Position numbers and translations under genes: made by a program
Assembly: GCA_964016885.1 (NCBI GenBank)
Contig: OZ024740.1
Span: 27,466,001-27,530,000 of the forward strand
Origin: Eledone cirrhosa
Taxonomy: Eukaryota
DNA length: 64,000 nucleotides
Direction of reading: 5' to 3'
Shown: in pieces, positions 27,500 to 43,100 of the stretch
How positions within the stretch are numbered: position 1 is the first letter of the stretch
How the letters are laid out: each line of letters starts with the position of its first letter
The notes under the pieces: model-generated
Told to the model about the DNA's origin: nothing
Database searches by the model: none
What the model saw: the letters and a program-made list of their open reading frames with translations, nothing else

Positions 27500-30400
27500 G
27501 GAAAATAAACCTCATTTGGTCATTCCATGTTAGTATCTTGGTCAGTCTATGAAGGAGTGATGCTAAAGCTGTGAAATCTTTCATGCAATAATTTCAACTC
27601 TTCTTATTAATAACTCTATTGTTTCTTTCCAGGGACTATGTTGGAAAATAAACTTCATTTGGTCATTCCATGAGAGTATCTAGGTCAGCCTATGAAGGAG
27701 TGATGCTAAACTGTGAAATATTGCATGCAGTAATTTCAACTCTTCTTATTAATAAATGTATTGTTTCTTTCCAGGGACTATGTTGGAAAATAAACTTCAT
27801 TTCGTCATTCCATGAGAGTATCTTGTTCAGCCTATGAAGGAGTGATGCTAAAGCTGTGTAATCTTGCTTGCAGTAATTTGAACTCGTCTTATTAATAACT
27901 GTATTGTTTCTTTCCAGGGACTATGTTGAAAGATAAACCTCATTTGATCATTCCATGATAGTATATTGTTCAGCCTATGAAGGAGTGATGCTAAAGCTGT
28001 GAAATCTTACATGCCGTAAATCTTCTTATTGATAACTCTATTGTTTCTTTCCAGGGACTATGTTGGAAAATAAACTTCATTTGGTCATTCCATGAGAGTA
28101 TCTTGTTCAGCCTATGAGGGTGTGATGCTAAAACTTTGAAATCTTGCATGACATAATTTCAACTCTTCTTATTAATAACTGTATTGTTTGTTTCCAGGGA
28201 CTATGTTTGAAAATAAACCTCATTTGGTCGTTCCATGAGAGTATCTTATTCAGCCATTGAAAGAGTGATGCTAAACAGTGTAATCTTGTCTGCAGTAATT
28301 TCAACACGTATTAATAACTACGTTGTTTCTTTCCAGGGACTATGTTGGAAAATAAACTTCATTTGGTCATTCGATGAGAGTATTTTGGTCAACCTATGAA
28401 GGAGTGATGCTAATGCTGTGTAATCTTGCCTGCAGTATTTTCAACTCTTCTTATTAATTACTGTTTTATTTCTTACCAGGGACTATGTTGGAAAATAAAC
28501 TTCATTTGGTCATTCGATGTGAGTATCTTGTTCAGCCTATGAAGGAGTGATGCTAAAGCTGTGAAATCTTGCATGCCGTAACTCTTCTTATTAATAACTG
28601 TATTGTTTCTTTCCTGGGACTATGTTGGAAAATAAACTTCATTTGGTCATTCCATGAGAGTATCTCGGTCAGCCTATGAAGAAGTGATGCTAAAGCTGTT
28701 TAATCTTGCATGCCGTAATTTCAACTCTTCTTATTAATAACTGTATTGTTTCTTTCCAGGGACTATGTTGGAAAATAAACTTCATTTGGTCGTTCCATGA
28801 GAGTACCTTGGTCAGCCTATGAAGGAGTGATGCTAAACTGTGAAATCTTGCATGCAGCAAATTCAACTCTTCTTATTAATAACTGTATTGTTTATTTCCA
28901 GAGACTATGTTGAAAAATAAATCTCATTTGGTCATTCCATGAGAGTATCTTGTTCAGCCTATGAAGGAGTGATGCTAAAATTGTGAAATCTTGCATTTAG
29001 TAATTTCAACTCTTCTTATTAATAACTGTATTGTTTCTTTCCAGGGACTATGTTGGAAAATAAATTTCATTTGGTCATTCCATGAGAGTATCTCGTTCAG
29101 CCTATGAAGGAGTGATGCTAAACTGTGAAATCTTGCATGCAGCAAATTCAACTCTTCTTATTAATAACTGTATTGTTTATTTCCAGAGACTATGTTGAAA
29201 AATAAACTTCATTTGGTCATTCCATGATAGTAGTTTGTTCAGCCTATGAAGGAGTGATGCTAAAGCTGTGAAATCTTGCTTGCAGTAATTCCAACACTTC
29301 TTATTAATAACTGTATTGTTTCTTCCCAGGGTCTATGTTGAAAAATAAATCTCATTTGGTCATTCCTTGAGAGTATCTTGGTCAGCCTATGAATGAGTGA
29401 TGCTAAAGCTGTGAAATCTTGCATGCCGTAACTCTTCTTATTAATAACTGTATTGTTACTTTCCAGGGACTATGTTGGAAAATAAATTTCATTTTGTCAT
29501 TCCATGAGAGTATCTCGTTCAGCCTATGAAGGAGTGATGCTAAAGCTGTGTAATCTTGCATGCAGTAATTTCGAAACTTATAAATAACTGTATTGTTTCT
29601 TTCCAGGGACTATGTTGGAAAATAACCTTCATTTGGTCATTCCATGAGAATATCTTGTTCAGCTTATGAATGAGTGATGCTAAAGCTGTGAAATCTTGCA
29701 TGACGTAATTTCAACTCTTCTTATTAATAACTATATAGTTTCTTTCCAGGGAATATGTTGAAAAATAAACCTCATTTGGTCATTCCATGATAGTATCTTG
29801 TTCAGCCTATGAAGGAGTGATGCTAAAGCTGTGTAATCTTGCATGCAATAATTTCAACCCTTCTTATTAATAACTCTAATGTTTCTTCGTAGGGACTATG
29901 TTGGAAACTTAACTTCATTTGGTAATTCCATGAGAGTATCTTGGTCAGCCTATGAGAGAGTGATGCTAAAGCTGTGAAATCTTGCTTGCAGTAATTTCAA
30001 CACTTCTTATTAATAACTGTATTGTTTCTTTCCAGGGACTTTGTTGGAAAATAAACCTCATTTGGTCATTCCATGTTAGTATCTTGGTCAGTCTATGAAG
30101 GAGTGATGCTAATGCTGTGTAATCTTGCTTGCAGTAATTTGAACTCGTCTTATTAATAACTGTATTGTTTCTTTCCAGGGACTATGTTGAAAGATAAACC
30201 TCATTTGATCATTCCATGATAGTATATTGTTCAGCCTATGAAGGAGTGATGCTAAAGCTGTGAAATCTTACATGCCGTAAATCTTCTTATTGATAACTCT
30301 ATTGTTTCTTTCCAGGAACTATGTTGGAAAATAAACTTCATTTGGTCATTCCCTGAGAGTATCTTGTTCAGCCTATGAGGGAGTGATGCTAAAACTTTGA

Positions 30401-33400
30401 AATCTTGCATGACATAATTGCAACTCTTCTTATTAATAACTGTATTGTTTCTTTCCAGGGACTATGTTTGAAAATAAACCTCATTTGGTCGTTCCATGAG
30501 AGTATCTTATTCAGCCTATGAAAGAGTGATGCTAAACAGTGTAATCTTGTCTGCAGTAATTTCAACACGTATTAATAACTATGTTGTTTCTTTCCAGGGA
30601 CTATGTTGGAAAATAAACTTCATTTGGTCATTCGATGAGAGTATCTCGGTCAGCCTATGAAGGAGTGATGCTAATGCTGTGTAATCTTGCCTGCAGTATT
30701 TTCAACTCTTCTTATTAATTACTGTTTTATTTCTTTCCAGGGACTATGTTGGAAAATAAACTTTATTTGTTCATTCGATGTGAGTATCTTGTTCAGCCTA
30801 TGAAGGAGTGATGCTAAAGCTGTGAAATCTTGCATGCCGTAACTCTTCTTATTAATAACTGTATTGTTTCTTTCCTGGGACTATGTTGGAAAATAAACTT
30901 CATATGGTCATTCCATGAGTGTATCTCGGTCAGCCTATGAAGAAGTGATGCTAAAGCTGTTTAATCTTGCATGCCGTAATTTCAACTCTTCTTATTAATA
31001 ACTGTATTGTTTCTTTCCAGGGACTATGTTGGAAAATAAACTTCATTTGGTCGTTCCATGAGAGTACCTTGGTCAGCCTATGAAGGAGTGATGCTAAACT
31101 GTGAAATCTTGCATGCAGCAAATTCAACTCTTCTTATTAATAACTGTATTGTTTATTTCCAGAGACTATGTTGAAAAATAAATCTCATTTGGTCATTCCA
31201 TGAGAGTATCTTGTTCAGCCTATGAAGGAGTGATGCTAAAATTGTGAAATCTTGCATTTAGTAATTTCAACTCTTCTTATTAATAACTGTATTGTTTCTT
31301 TCCAGGGACTATGTTGGAAAATAAATTTCATTTGGTCATTCCATGAGAGTATCTCGTTCAGCCTATGAAGGAGTGATGCTAAACTGTGAAATCTTGCATG
31401 CAGCAAATTCAACTCTTCTTATTAATAACTGTATTGTTTATTTTCAGAGACTATGTTGAAAAATAAACTTCATTTGGTCATTCCATGATAGTAGTTTGTT
31501 CAGCCTATGAAGGAGTGATGCTAAAGCTGTGAAATTTTGCTTGCAGTAATTCCAACACTTCTTATTAATAACTGTATTGTTTCTTCCCAGGGTCTATGTT
31601 GAAAAATAAATCTCATTTGGTCATTCCTTGAGAGTATCTTGGTCAGCCTATGAATGAGTGATGCTAAAGCTGTGAAATCTTGCATGCCGTAACTCTTCTT
31701 ATTAATAACTGTATTGTTTCTTTCCAGGGACTATGTTGGAAAATAACCTTCATTTGCTCATTCCATGAGAATATCTTGTTCAGCCTATGAATGAGTGATG
31801 CTAAAGCTGTGAAATCTTGCATGACGTAATTTCAACTCTTCTTATTAATAACTATATAGTTTCTTTCCAGGGAATATGTTGAAAAATAAACCTCATTTGG
31901 TCATTCCATGATAGTATCTTGTTCAGCCTATGAAGGAGTGATGCTAAAGCTGTGTAATCTTGCATGCAATAATTTCAACCCTTCTTATTAATAACTCTAT
32001 TGTTTCTTCGTAGGGACTATGTTGGAAACTTAACTTCATTTGGTCATTCCATGAGAGTATCTTGGTCAGCCTATGAGAGAGTGATGCTAAAGCTGTGAAA
32101 TCTTGCTTGCAGTAATTTCAACACTTCTTATTAATAACTGTATTGTTTCTTTCCAGGGACTTTGTTGGAAAATAAACCTCATTTGGTCATTCCATGTTAG
32201 TATCTTGGTCAGTCTATGAAGGAGTGATGCTATGCTGTGAAATCTTTCATGCAATAATTTCAACTCTTCTTATTAATAACTCTATTGTTTCTTTCCAGGG
32301 ACTATGTTGGAAAATAAACTTCATTTGGTCATTCCATGAGAGTATCTAGGTCAGCCTATGAAGGAGTGATGCTAAACTGTGAAATATTGCATGCAGTAAT
32401 TTCAACTCTTCTTATTAATAAATGTATTGTTTCTTTCCAGGGACTATGTTGGAAAATAAACTTCATTTCGTCATTCCATGAGAGTATCTTGTTCAGCCTA
32501 TGATGGAGTGATGCTAAAGCTGTGTAATCTTGCTTGCAGTAATTTGAACTCGTCTTATTAATAACTGTATTGTTTCTTTCCAGGGACTATGTTGAAAGAT
32601 AAACCTCATTTGATCATTCCATGATAGTATATTGTTCAGCCTATGAAGGAGTGATGCTAAAGCTGTGAAATCTTACATGCCGTAAATCTTCTTATTGATA
32701 ACTCTATTGTTTCTTTCCAGGGACTATGTTGGAAAATAAACTTCATTTGGTCATTCCATGAGAGTATCTTGTTCAGCCTATGAGGGAGTGATGCTAAAAC
32801 TTTGAAATCTTGCATGACATAATTTCCACTCTTCTTATTAATAACTGTATTGTTTCTTTCCAGGGACTATGTTTGAAAATAAACCTCATTTGGTCGTTCC
32901 ATGAGAGTATCTTATTCAGCCTATGAAAGAGTGATGCTAAACAGTGTAATCTTGTCTGCAGTAATTTCAACACGTATTAATAACTATGTTGTTTCTTTCC
33001 AGGGACTATGTTGGAAAATAAACTTCATTTGGTCATTCGATGAGAGTATCTCGGTCAGCCTATGAAGGAGTGATGCTAATGCTGTGTAATCTTGCCTGCA
33101 GTATTTTCAACTCTTCTTATTAATTACTGTTTTATTTCTTTCCAGGGACTATGTTGGAAAATAAACTTCATTTGGTCATTCGATGAGAGTATCTTGTTCA
33201 GCCTATGAAGGAGTGATGCTAAAGCTGTGAAATCTTGCATGCCGTAACTCTTCTTATTAATAACTGTATTGTTTCTTTCCTGGGACTATGTTGGAAAATA
33301 AACTTCATTTGGTCATTCCATGAGAGTATCTCGGTCAGCCTATGAAGAAGTGATGCTAAAGCTGTTTAATCTTGCATGCCGTAATTTCAACTCTTCTTAT

Positions 33401-36400
33401 TAATAACTGTATTGTTTCTTTCCAGGGACTATGTTGGAAAATAAACTTCATTTGGTCGTTCCATGAGAGTACCTTGGTCAGCCTATGAAGGAGTGATGCT
33501 AAACTGTGAAATCTTGCATGCAGCAAATTCAACTCTTCTTATTAATAACTGTATTGTTTATTTCCAGAGACTATGTTGAAAAATAAATCTCATTTGGTCA
33601 TTCCATGAGAGTATCTTGTTCAGCCTATGAAGGAGTGATGCTAAAATTGTGAAATCTTGCGTTTAGTAATTTCAACTCTTCTTATTAATAACTGTATTGT
33701 TTCTTTCCAGGGACTATGTTGGAAAATAAATTTCATTTGGTCATTCCATGAGAGTATCTCGTTCAGCCTATGAAGGAGTGATGCTAAACTGTGAAATCTT
33801 GCATGCAGCAAATTCAACTCTTCTTATTAATAACTGTATTGTTTATTTCCAGAGACTATGTTGAAAAATAAACTTCATTTGCTCATTCCATGATAGTAGT
33901 TTGTTCAGCCTATGAAGGAGTGATGCTAAAGCTGTGAAATCTTGCTTGCAGTAAATCCAACACTTCTTATTAATAACTGTATTGTTTCTTCCCAGGGTCT
34001 ATGTTGAAAAATAAATCTCATTTGGTCATTCCTTGAGAGTATCTTGGTCAGCCTATGAATGAGTGTTGCTAAAGCTGTGAAATCTTGCATGACGTAACTC
34101 TTCTTATTAATAACTGTATTGTTACTTTCCAGGGACTATGTTGGAAAATAAATTTCATTTTGTCATTCCATGAGAGTATCTCGTTCAGCCTATGAAGGAG
34201 TGATGCTAAAGCTGCGTAATCTTGCATGCAGTAATTTCGAAACTTATAAATAACTGTATTGTTTCTTTCCAGGGACTATGTTGGAAAATAACCTTCATTT
34301 GGTCATTCCATGAGAATATCTTGTTCAGCCTATGAATGAGTGATGCTAAAGCTGTGAAATCTTGCATGACCTAATTTCAACTCTTCTTATTAATAACTAT
34401 ATAGTTTCTTTCCAGGGAATATGTTGAAAAATAAACCTCATTTGGTCATTCCATGATAGTATCTTGTTCAGCCTATGAAGGAGTGATGCTAAAGCTGTGT
34501 AATCTTGCATGCAATAATTTCAACCCTTCTTATTAATAACTCAATTGTTTCTTCGTAGGGACTATGTTGGAAACTTAACTTCATTTGGTCATTCCATGAG
34601 AGTATCTTGGTCAGCCTATGAGAGAGTGATGCTAAAGCTGTGCAATCTTGCTTGCAGTAATTTTAACACTTCTTATTAATAACTGTATTGTTTCTTTCCA
34701 GGGACTATGTTGGAAAATAAACCTCATTTGGTCATTCCATGTTAGTATCTTGGTCAGTCTATGAAGGAGTGATGCTAATGCTGTGAAATCTTTCATGCAA
34801 TAATTTCAACTCTTCGTATTAATAACTCTATTGTTTCTTTCCAGGGACTATGTTGGAAAATAAACTTCATTTGGTCATTCCATGAGAGTATCTAGGTCAG
34901 CCTATGAAGGAGTGATGCTAAACTGTGAAATATTGCATGCAGTAATTTCAACTCTTCTTATTAATAAATGTATTGTTTCTTTCCAGGGACTATGTTGGAA
35001 AATAAACTTCATTTCGTCATTCCATGAGAGTATCTTGTTCAGCCTATGAAGGAGTGATGCTAAAGCTGTGTAATCTTGCTTGCAGTAATTTGAACTCGTC
35101 TTATTAATAACTGTATTGTTTCTTTCCAGGGACTATGTTGAAAGATAAACCTCATTTGATCATTCCATGATAGTATATTGTTCAGCCTATGAAGGAGTGA
35201 TGCTAAAGCTGTGAAATCTTACATGCCGTAAATCTTCTTATTGATAACTCTATTGTTTCTTTCCAGGGACTATGTTGGAAAATAAACTTCATTTGGTCAT
35301 TCCATGAGAGTATCTTGTTCAGCCTATGAGGGAGTGATGCTAAAACTTTGAAATCTTGCATGACATAATTTCAACTCTTCTTATTAATAACTGTATTGTT
35401 TCTTTCCAGGGACTATGTTTGAAAATAAACCTCATTTGGTCGTTCCATGAGAGTATCTTATTCAGCCTATGAAAGAGTGATGCTAAACAGTGTAATCTTG
35501 TCTGCAGTAATTTCAACACGTATTAATAACTATGTTGTTTCTTTCCAGGGACTATGTTGGAAAATAAACTTCATTTGGTCATTCGATGAGAGTATCTCGG
35601 TCAGCCTATGAAGGAGTGATGCTAATGCTGTGTAATCTTGCCTGCAGTATTTTCAACTCTTCTTATTAATTACTGTTTTATTTCTTTCCAGGGACTATGT
35701 TGGAAAATAAACTTCATTTGGTCATTCGATGAGAGTATCTTGTTCAGCCTATGAAGGAGTGATGCTAAAGCTGTGAAATCTTGCATGCCGTAACTCTTCT
35801 TATTAATAACTGTATTGTTTCTTTCCTGGGACTATGTTGGAAAATAAACTTCATTTGGTAATTCCATGAGAGTATCTCGGTCAGCCTATGAAGAAGTGAT
35901 GCTAAAGCTGTTTAATCTTGCATGCCGTAATTTCAACTCTTCTTATTAATAACTGTATTGTTTCTTTCCAGGGACTATGTTGGAAAATAAACTTCATTTG
36001 GTCGTTCCATGAGAGTACCTTGGTCAGCCTATGAAGGAGTGATGCTAAACTGTGAAATCTTGCATGCAGCAAATTCAACTCTTCTTATTAATAACTGTAT
36101 TGTTTATTTCCAGAGACTATGTTGAAAAATAAATCTCATTTGGTCATTCCATGAGAGTATCTTGTTCAGCCTATGAAGGAGTGATGCTAAAATTGTGAAA
36201 TCTTGCATTTAGTAATTTCAACTCTTCTTATTAATAACTGTATTGTTTCTTTCCAGGGACTATGTTGGAAAATAAATTTCATTTGGTTATTCCATGAGAG
36301 TATCTCGTTCAGCCTATGAAGGAGGGATGCTAAACTGTGAAATCTTGCATACAGCAAATTCAACTCTTCTTATTAATAACTGTATTGTTTATTTCCAGAG

Positions 36401-39400
36401 ACTAGGTTGAAAAATAAACTTCATTTGGTCATTCCATGATAGTAGTTTGTTCAGCCTATGAAGGAGTGATGCTAAAGCTGTGAAATCTTGCTTGCAGTAA
36501 TTCCAACACTTCTTATTAATAACTGTATTGTTTATTCCCAGGGTCTATGTTGAAAAATAAATCTCATTTGGTCATTCCTTGAGAGTATCTTGGTCAGCCT
36601 ATGAATGAGTGATGCTAAAGCTGTGAAATCTTGCATGCCGTAACTCTTCTTATTAATAACTGTATTGTTACTTTCCAGGGACTATGTTGGAAAATAAATT
36701 TCATTTTGTCATTCCATGAGAGTATCTCGTTCAGCCTATGAAGGAATGATGCTAAAGCTGTGTAATCTTGCATGCAGTAATTTCGAAACTTATAAATAAC
36801 TGTATTGTTTCTTTCCAGGGACTATGTTGGAAAATAACCTTCATTTGGTCATTCCATGAGAATATCTTGTTCAGCCTATGAATGAGTGATGCTAACGCTG
36901 TGAAATCTTGCATGACGTAATTTCAACTCTTCTTATTAATAACTATATAGTTTCTTTCCAGGGAATATGTTGAAAAATAAACCTCATTTGGTCATTCCAT
37001 GATAGTATCTTGTTCAGCCTATGAAGGAGTGATGCTAAAGCTTTGTAATCTTGCATGCAATAATTTCAACCCTTCTTATTAATAACTCTATTGTTTCTTC
37101 GTAGGGACTATGTTGGAAACTTAACTTCATTTGGTCATTCCATGAGAGTATCTTGGTCAGCCTATGAGAGAGTGATGCTAAAGCTGTGAAATCTTGCTTG
37201 CAGTAATTTCAACACTTCTTATTAATAACTGTATTGTTTCTTTCCAGGGACTATGTTGGAAAATAAACCTCATTTGGTCATTCCATGTTAGTATCTTGGT
37301 CAGTCTATGAAGGAGTGATGCTAATGCTGTGAAATCTTTCATGCAATAATTTCAACTCTTCTTATTAATAACTCTATTGTTTCTTTCCAGGGACTATGTT
37401 GGAGAATAAACTTCATTTGGTCATTCCATGAGAGTATCTAGGTCAGCCTATGAAGGAGTGATGCTAAACTGTGAAATATTGCATGCAGTAATTTCAACTC
37501 TTCTTATTAATAACTCTATTGTTTCTTTCCAGGGACTATGTTGGAAAATAAACTTCATTTCGTCATTCCATGAGAGTATCTTGTTCAGCCTATGAAGGAG
37601 TGATGCTAAAGCTGTGTAATCTTGCTTGCAGTAATTTGAACTCGTCTTATTAATAACTGTATTGTTTCTTTCCAGGGACTATGTTGAAAGATAAACCTCA
37701 TTTGATCATTCCATGATAGTATATTGTTCAGCCTATGAAGGAGTGATGCTAAAGCTGTGAAATCTTACATGCCGTAAATCTTCTTATTGATAACTCTATT
37801 GTTTCTTTCCAGGGACTATGTTGGAAAATAAACTTCATTTGGTCATTCCATGAGAGTGTCTTGTTCAGCCTATGAGGGAGTGATGCTAAAACTTTGAAAT
37901 CTTGCATGACATAATTTCAACTCTTCTTATTAATAACTGTATTGTTTCTTTCCAGGGACTATGTTTGAAAATAAACCTCATTTGGTCGTTCCATGAGAGT
38001 ATCTTATTCAGCCTATGAAGGAGTGATGCTAAACTGTGAAATATTGCATGCAGTAATTTCAACTCTTCTTATTAATAACTCTATTGTTTCTTTCCAGGGA
38101 CTATGTTGGAAAATAAACTTCATTTGGTCATTCGATGAGAGTATCTCGGTCAGCCTATGAAGGAGTGATGCTAATGCTGTGTAATCTTGCCTGCAGTATT
38201 TTCAACTCTTCTTATTAATTACTGTTTTATTTCTTTCCAGGGACTAAGTTGGAAAATAAACTTCATTTGGTCATTCGATGAGAGTATCTTGTTCAGCCTA
38301 TGAAGGAGTGATGCTAAAGCTGTGAAATCTTGCATGCCGTAATTCTTCTTATTAATAACTGTATTGGTTCTTTCCTGGGACTATGTTGGAAAATAAACTT
38401 CATTTGGTCATTCCATGAGAGTATCTCGGTCAGCCTATGAAGAAGTGATGCTAAAGCTGTTTAATCTTGCATGCCGTAATTTCAACTCTTCTTATTAATA
38501 ACTGTATTGTTTCTTTCCAGGGACTATGTTGGAAAATAAACTTCATTTGGTCGTTCCATGAGAGTACCTTGGTCAGCCTATGAAGGAGTGATGCTAAACT
38601 GTGAAACCTTGCATGCAGCAAATTCAACTCTTCTTATTAATAACTGTATTGTTTATTTCCAGAGACTATGTTGAAAAATAAATCTCATTTGGTCATTCCA
38701 TGAGAGTATCTTGTTCAGCCTATGAAGGAGTGATGCTAAAATTGTGAAATCTTGCATTTAGTAATTTCAACTCTTCTTATTAATAACTGTATTGTTTCTT
38801 TCCAGGGACTATGTTGGAAAATAAATTTCATTTGGTCATTCCATGAGAGTATCTCGTTCAGCCTATGAAGGAGTGATGCTAAACTGTGAAATCTTGCATG
38901 CAGCAAATTCAACTCTTCTTATTAATAACTGTATTGTTTATTTCCAGAGACTATGTTGAAAAATAAACTTCATTTGGTCATTCCATGATAGTAGTTTGTT
39001 CAGCCTATGAAGGAGTGATGCTAAAGCTGTGAAATCTTGCTTGCAGTAATTCCAACACTTCTTATTAATAACTGTATTGTTTCTTCCCAGGGTCTATGTT
39101 GAAAAATAAATCTCATTTGGTCATTCCTTGAGAGTATCTTGGTCAGCCTATGAATGAGTGATGCTAAAGCTGTGAAATCTTGCATGCCGTAACTCTTCTT
39201 ATTAATAACTGTATTGTTACTTTCCAGGGACTATGTTGGAAAATAAATTTCATTTTGTCATTCCATGAGAGTATCTCGTTCAGCCTATGAAGGAATGATG
39301 CTAAACCTGTGTAATCTTGCATGCAGTAATTTCGAAACTTATAAATAACTGTATTGTTTCTTTCCAGGGACTATGTTGGAAAATAACCTTCATTTGGTCA

Positions 39401-40100
39401 TTCCATGAGAATATCTTGTTCAGCCTATGAATGAGTGATGCTAAAGCTGTGAAATCTTGCATGACGTAATTTCAACTCTTCTTATTAATAACTATATAGT
39501 TTCTTTCCAGGGAATATGTTGAAAAATAAACCTCATTTGGTCATTCCATGATAGTATCTTGTTCAGCCTATGAAGGAGTGATGCTAAAGCTGTGTAATCT
39601 TGCATGCAATAATTTCAACCCTTCTTATTAATAACTCTATTGTTTCTTCGTAGGGACTATGTTGGAAACTTAACTTCATTTGGTCATTCCATGAGAGTAT
39701 CTTGGTCAGCCTATGAGAGAGTGATGCTAAAGCTGTGAAATCTTGCTTGCAGTAATTTCAACACTTATTATTAATAACTGTATTGTTTCTTTCCACGGAC
39801 TATGTTGGAAAATAAACCTCATTTGGTCATTCCATGTTAGTATCTTGGTCAGTCTATGAAGGAGTGATGCTAAAGCTGTGAAATCTTTCATGCAATAATT
39901 TCAACTCTTCTTATTAATAACTCTATTGTTTCTTTCCAGGGACTATGTTGGAAAATAAACTTCATTTGGTCATTCCATGAGAGTATCTAGGTCAGCCTAT
40001 GAAGGAGTGATGCTAAACTGTGAAATATTGCATGCAGTAATTTCAACTCTTCTTATTAATAACTCTATTGTTTCTTTCCAGGGACTATGTTGGAAAATAA
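27500..40100. repeat. Satellite HOR domain 5: 18-mer (~2546 bp) with shorter deletion variants
   Basis: Marker gtttcttcgtaggg at 29881, 32002, 34547, 37093, 39642 (spacings 2121, 2545, 2546, 2549). Marker ttacatgccgtaaatc at 28007, 30268, 32673, 35219, 37765. Confidence 0.88.
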
Positions 40101-43100
40101 ACTTCATTTGGTCATTCGATGAGAGTATCTTGTTCAGCCTATGAAGGAGTGATGCTAAAGCTGTGTAATCTTGCTTGCAGTAATTTGAACTCATCTTATT
40201 AATAACTGTATTGTTTCTTTCCAGGGACTATGTTGAAAAATAAACCTCATTTGATCATTCCATGATAGTATCTTGTTCAGCCTATGAAGGAGTGATGCTA
40301 AAGCTGTGAAATCTTGCATGCCGTAACTCTTCTTATTAATAACTGTATTGTTTCTTTCCTGGGACTATGTTGGAAAATAAACTTCATTTCGTCATTCCAT
40401 GAGAGTATCTCGGTCAGCCTATGAAGAAGTGATGCTAAAGCTGTTTAATCTTGCATGCCGTAATTTCAACTCTTCTTATTAATAACTGTATTGTTTCTTT
40501 CCAGGGACTATGTTGGAAAATAAACCTCATTTGGTCATTCCATGTTAGTATCTTGGTCAGTCTATGAAGGAGTGATGCTAAAGCTGTGAAATCTTTCATG
40601 CAATAATTTCAACTCTTCTTATTAATAACTCTATTGTTTCTTTCCAGGGACTATGTTGGAAAATAAACTTCATTTGGTCATTCCATGAGAGTATCTAGGT
40701 CAGCCTATGAAGGAGTGATGCTAAACTGTGAAATATTGCATGCAGTAATTTCAACTCTTCTTATTAATAAATGTATTGTTTCTTTCCAGGGACTATGTTG
40801 GAAAATAAACTTCATTTCGTCATTCCATGAGAGTATGTTTTTCAGCCTATGAAGGAGTGATGCTAAAGCTGTGTAATCTTGCTTGCAGTAATTTGAACTC
40901 CTCTTATTTTTAAATGTATTGTTTCTTTCCAGGGACTATGTTCAAAGATAAACCTCATTTGATCATTCCATGATAGTATATTGTTCAGCCTATGAAGGAG
41001 TGATGCTAAAGCTGTGAAATCTTGCATGCCGTAACTCTTCTTATTGATAACTCTATTGTTTCTTTCCAGGGACTATGTTGGAAAATAAACTTCATTTGGT
41101 CATTCCATGAGAGTATCTTGTTCAGCCTATGAGGGAGTGATGCTAAAACTTTGAAATCTTGCATGACATAATTTCAACTCTTCTTATTAATAACTGTATT
41201 GTTTCTTTCCAGGGACTATGTATGAAAATAAACCTCATTTGGTCGTTCCATGAGAGTATCTTATTCAGCCTATGAAAGAGTGATGCTAAACAGTGTAATC
41301 TTGTCTGCAGTAATTTCAACACGTATTAATAACTATATTGTTTCTTTCCAGGGACTATGTTGGAAAATAAACTTCATTAGTCCATTCCATGAGAGTATCT
41401 CGGTCAGCCTATGAAGGAGTGATGCTAAAGCTGTGTAATCTTGCCTGCAGTATTTTCAACTCTTCTTATTAATTACTGTTTTATTTCTTTCCAGGGACTA
41501 TGTTGGAAAATAAACTTCATTTGGTCATTCGATGAGAGTATCTTGTTCAGCCTATGAAGGAGTGATGCTAAATCTGTGTAATCTTGCTTGCAGTAATTTG
41601 AACTCATCTTATTAATAACTGTATTGTTTCTTTCCAGGGACTATGTTGAAAAATAAACCTCATTTGATCATTCCATGATAGTATCTTGTTCAGCCTATGA
41701 AGGAGTGATGCTAAAGCTGTGAAATCTTGCATGCCGTAACTCTTCTTATTAATAACTGTATTGTTTCTTTCCTGGGACTATGTTGGAAAATAAACTTCAT
41801 TTCGTCATTCCATGAGAGTATCTCAGTCAGCCTATGAAGAAGTGATGCTAAAGCTGTTTAATCTTGCATGCCGTAATTTCAACTCTTCTTATTAATAACT
41901 GTATTGTTTCTTTCCAGGGACTATGTTGGAAAATAAACTTCATTTGGTCATTCGATGAGAGTATCTTGTTCAGCCTATGAAGGAGTGATGCTAAAGCTGT
42001 GTAATCTTGCTTGCAGTAATTTGAACTATTCTTATTAATAACTGTATTGTTTCTTTCCAGGGACTATGTTGAAAAATAAACCTCATTTGATCATTCCATG
42101 ATAGTATCTTGTTCAGCCTATGAAGGAGTGATGCTAAAGCTGTGAAATCTTGCATGCCGTAACTCTTCTTATTAATAACTGTATTGTTTCTTTCCTGGGA
42201 CTATGTTGGAAAATAAACTTCATTTCGTCATTCCATGAGAGTATCTCGGTCAGCCTATGAAGAAGTGATGCTAAAGCTGTTTAATCTTGCATGCCGTAAT
42301 TTCAACTCTTCTTATTAATAACTGTATTGTTTCTTTCCAGGGACTATGTTGGAAAATAAACCTCATTTGGTCATTCCATGTTAGTATCTTGGTCAGTCTA
42401 TGAAGGAGTGATTCTAAAGCTGTGAAATCTTTCATGCAATAATTTCAACTCTTCTTATTAATAACTCTATTGTTTCTTTCCAGGGACTATGTTGGAAAAT
42501 AAACTTCATTTGGTCATTCCATGAGAGTATCTAGGTCAGCCTATGAAGGAGTGATGCTAAACTGTGAAATATTGCATGCAGTAATTTCAACTCTTCTTAT
42601 TAATAAATGTATTGTTTCTTTCCAGGGACTATGTTGGAAAATAAACTTCATTTCGTCATTCCATGAGAGTATGTTTTTCAGCCTACGAAGGAGTGATGCT
42701 AAAGCTGTGTAATCTTGCTTGCAGTAATTTGAAATCCTCATATTTTTAACTGTATTGTTTCTTTCCAGGGACTATGTTCAAAGATAAACCTCATTTGATC
42801 ATTCCATGATAGTATATTGTTCAGCCTATGAAGGAGTGATGCTAAAGCTGTGAAATCTTGCATGCCGTAACTTTTCTTATTGATAACTCTATTGTTTCTT
42901 TCCAGGGACTATGTTGGAAAATAAACTTCATTTGGTCATTCCATGAGAGTATCTTGTTCAGCCTATGAGGGAGTGATGCTAAAACTTTGAAATCTTGCAT
43001 GACATAATTTCAACTCTTCTTATTAATAACTGTATTGTTTCTTTCCAGGGACTATGTATGAAAATAAACCTCATTTGGTCGTTCCATGAGAGTATCTTAT

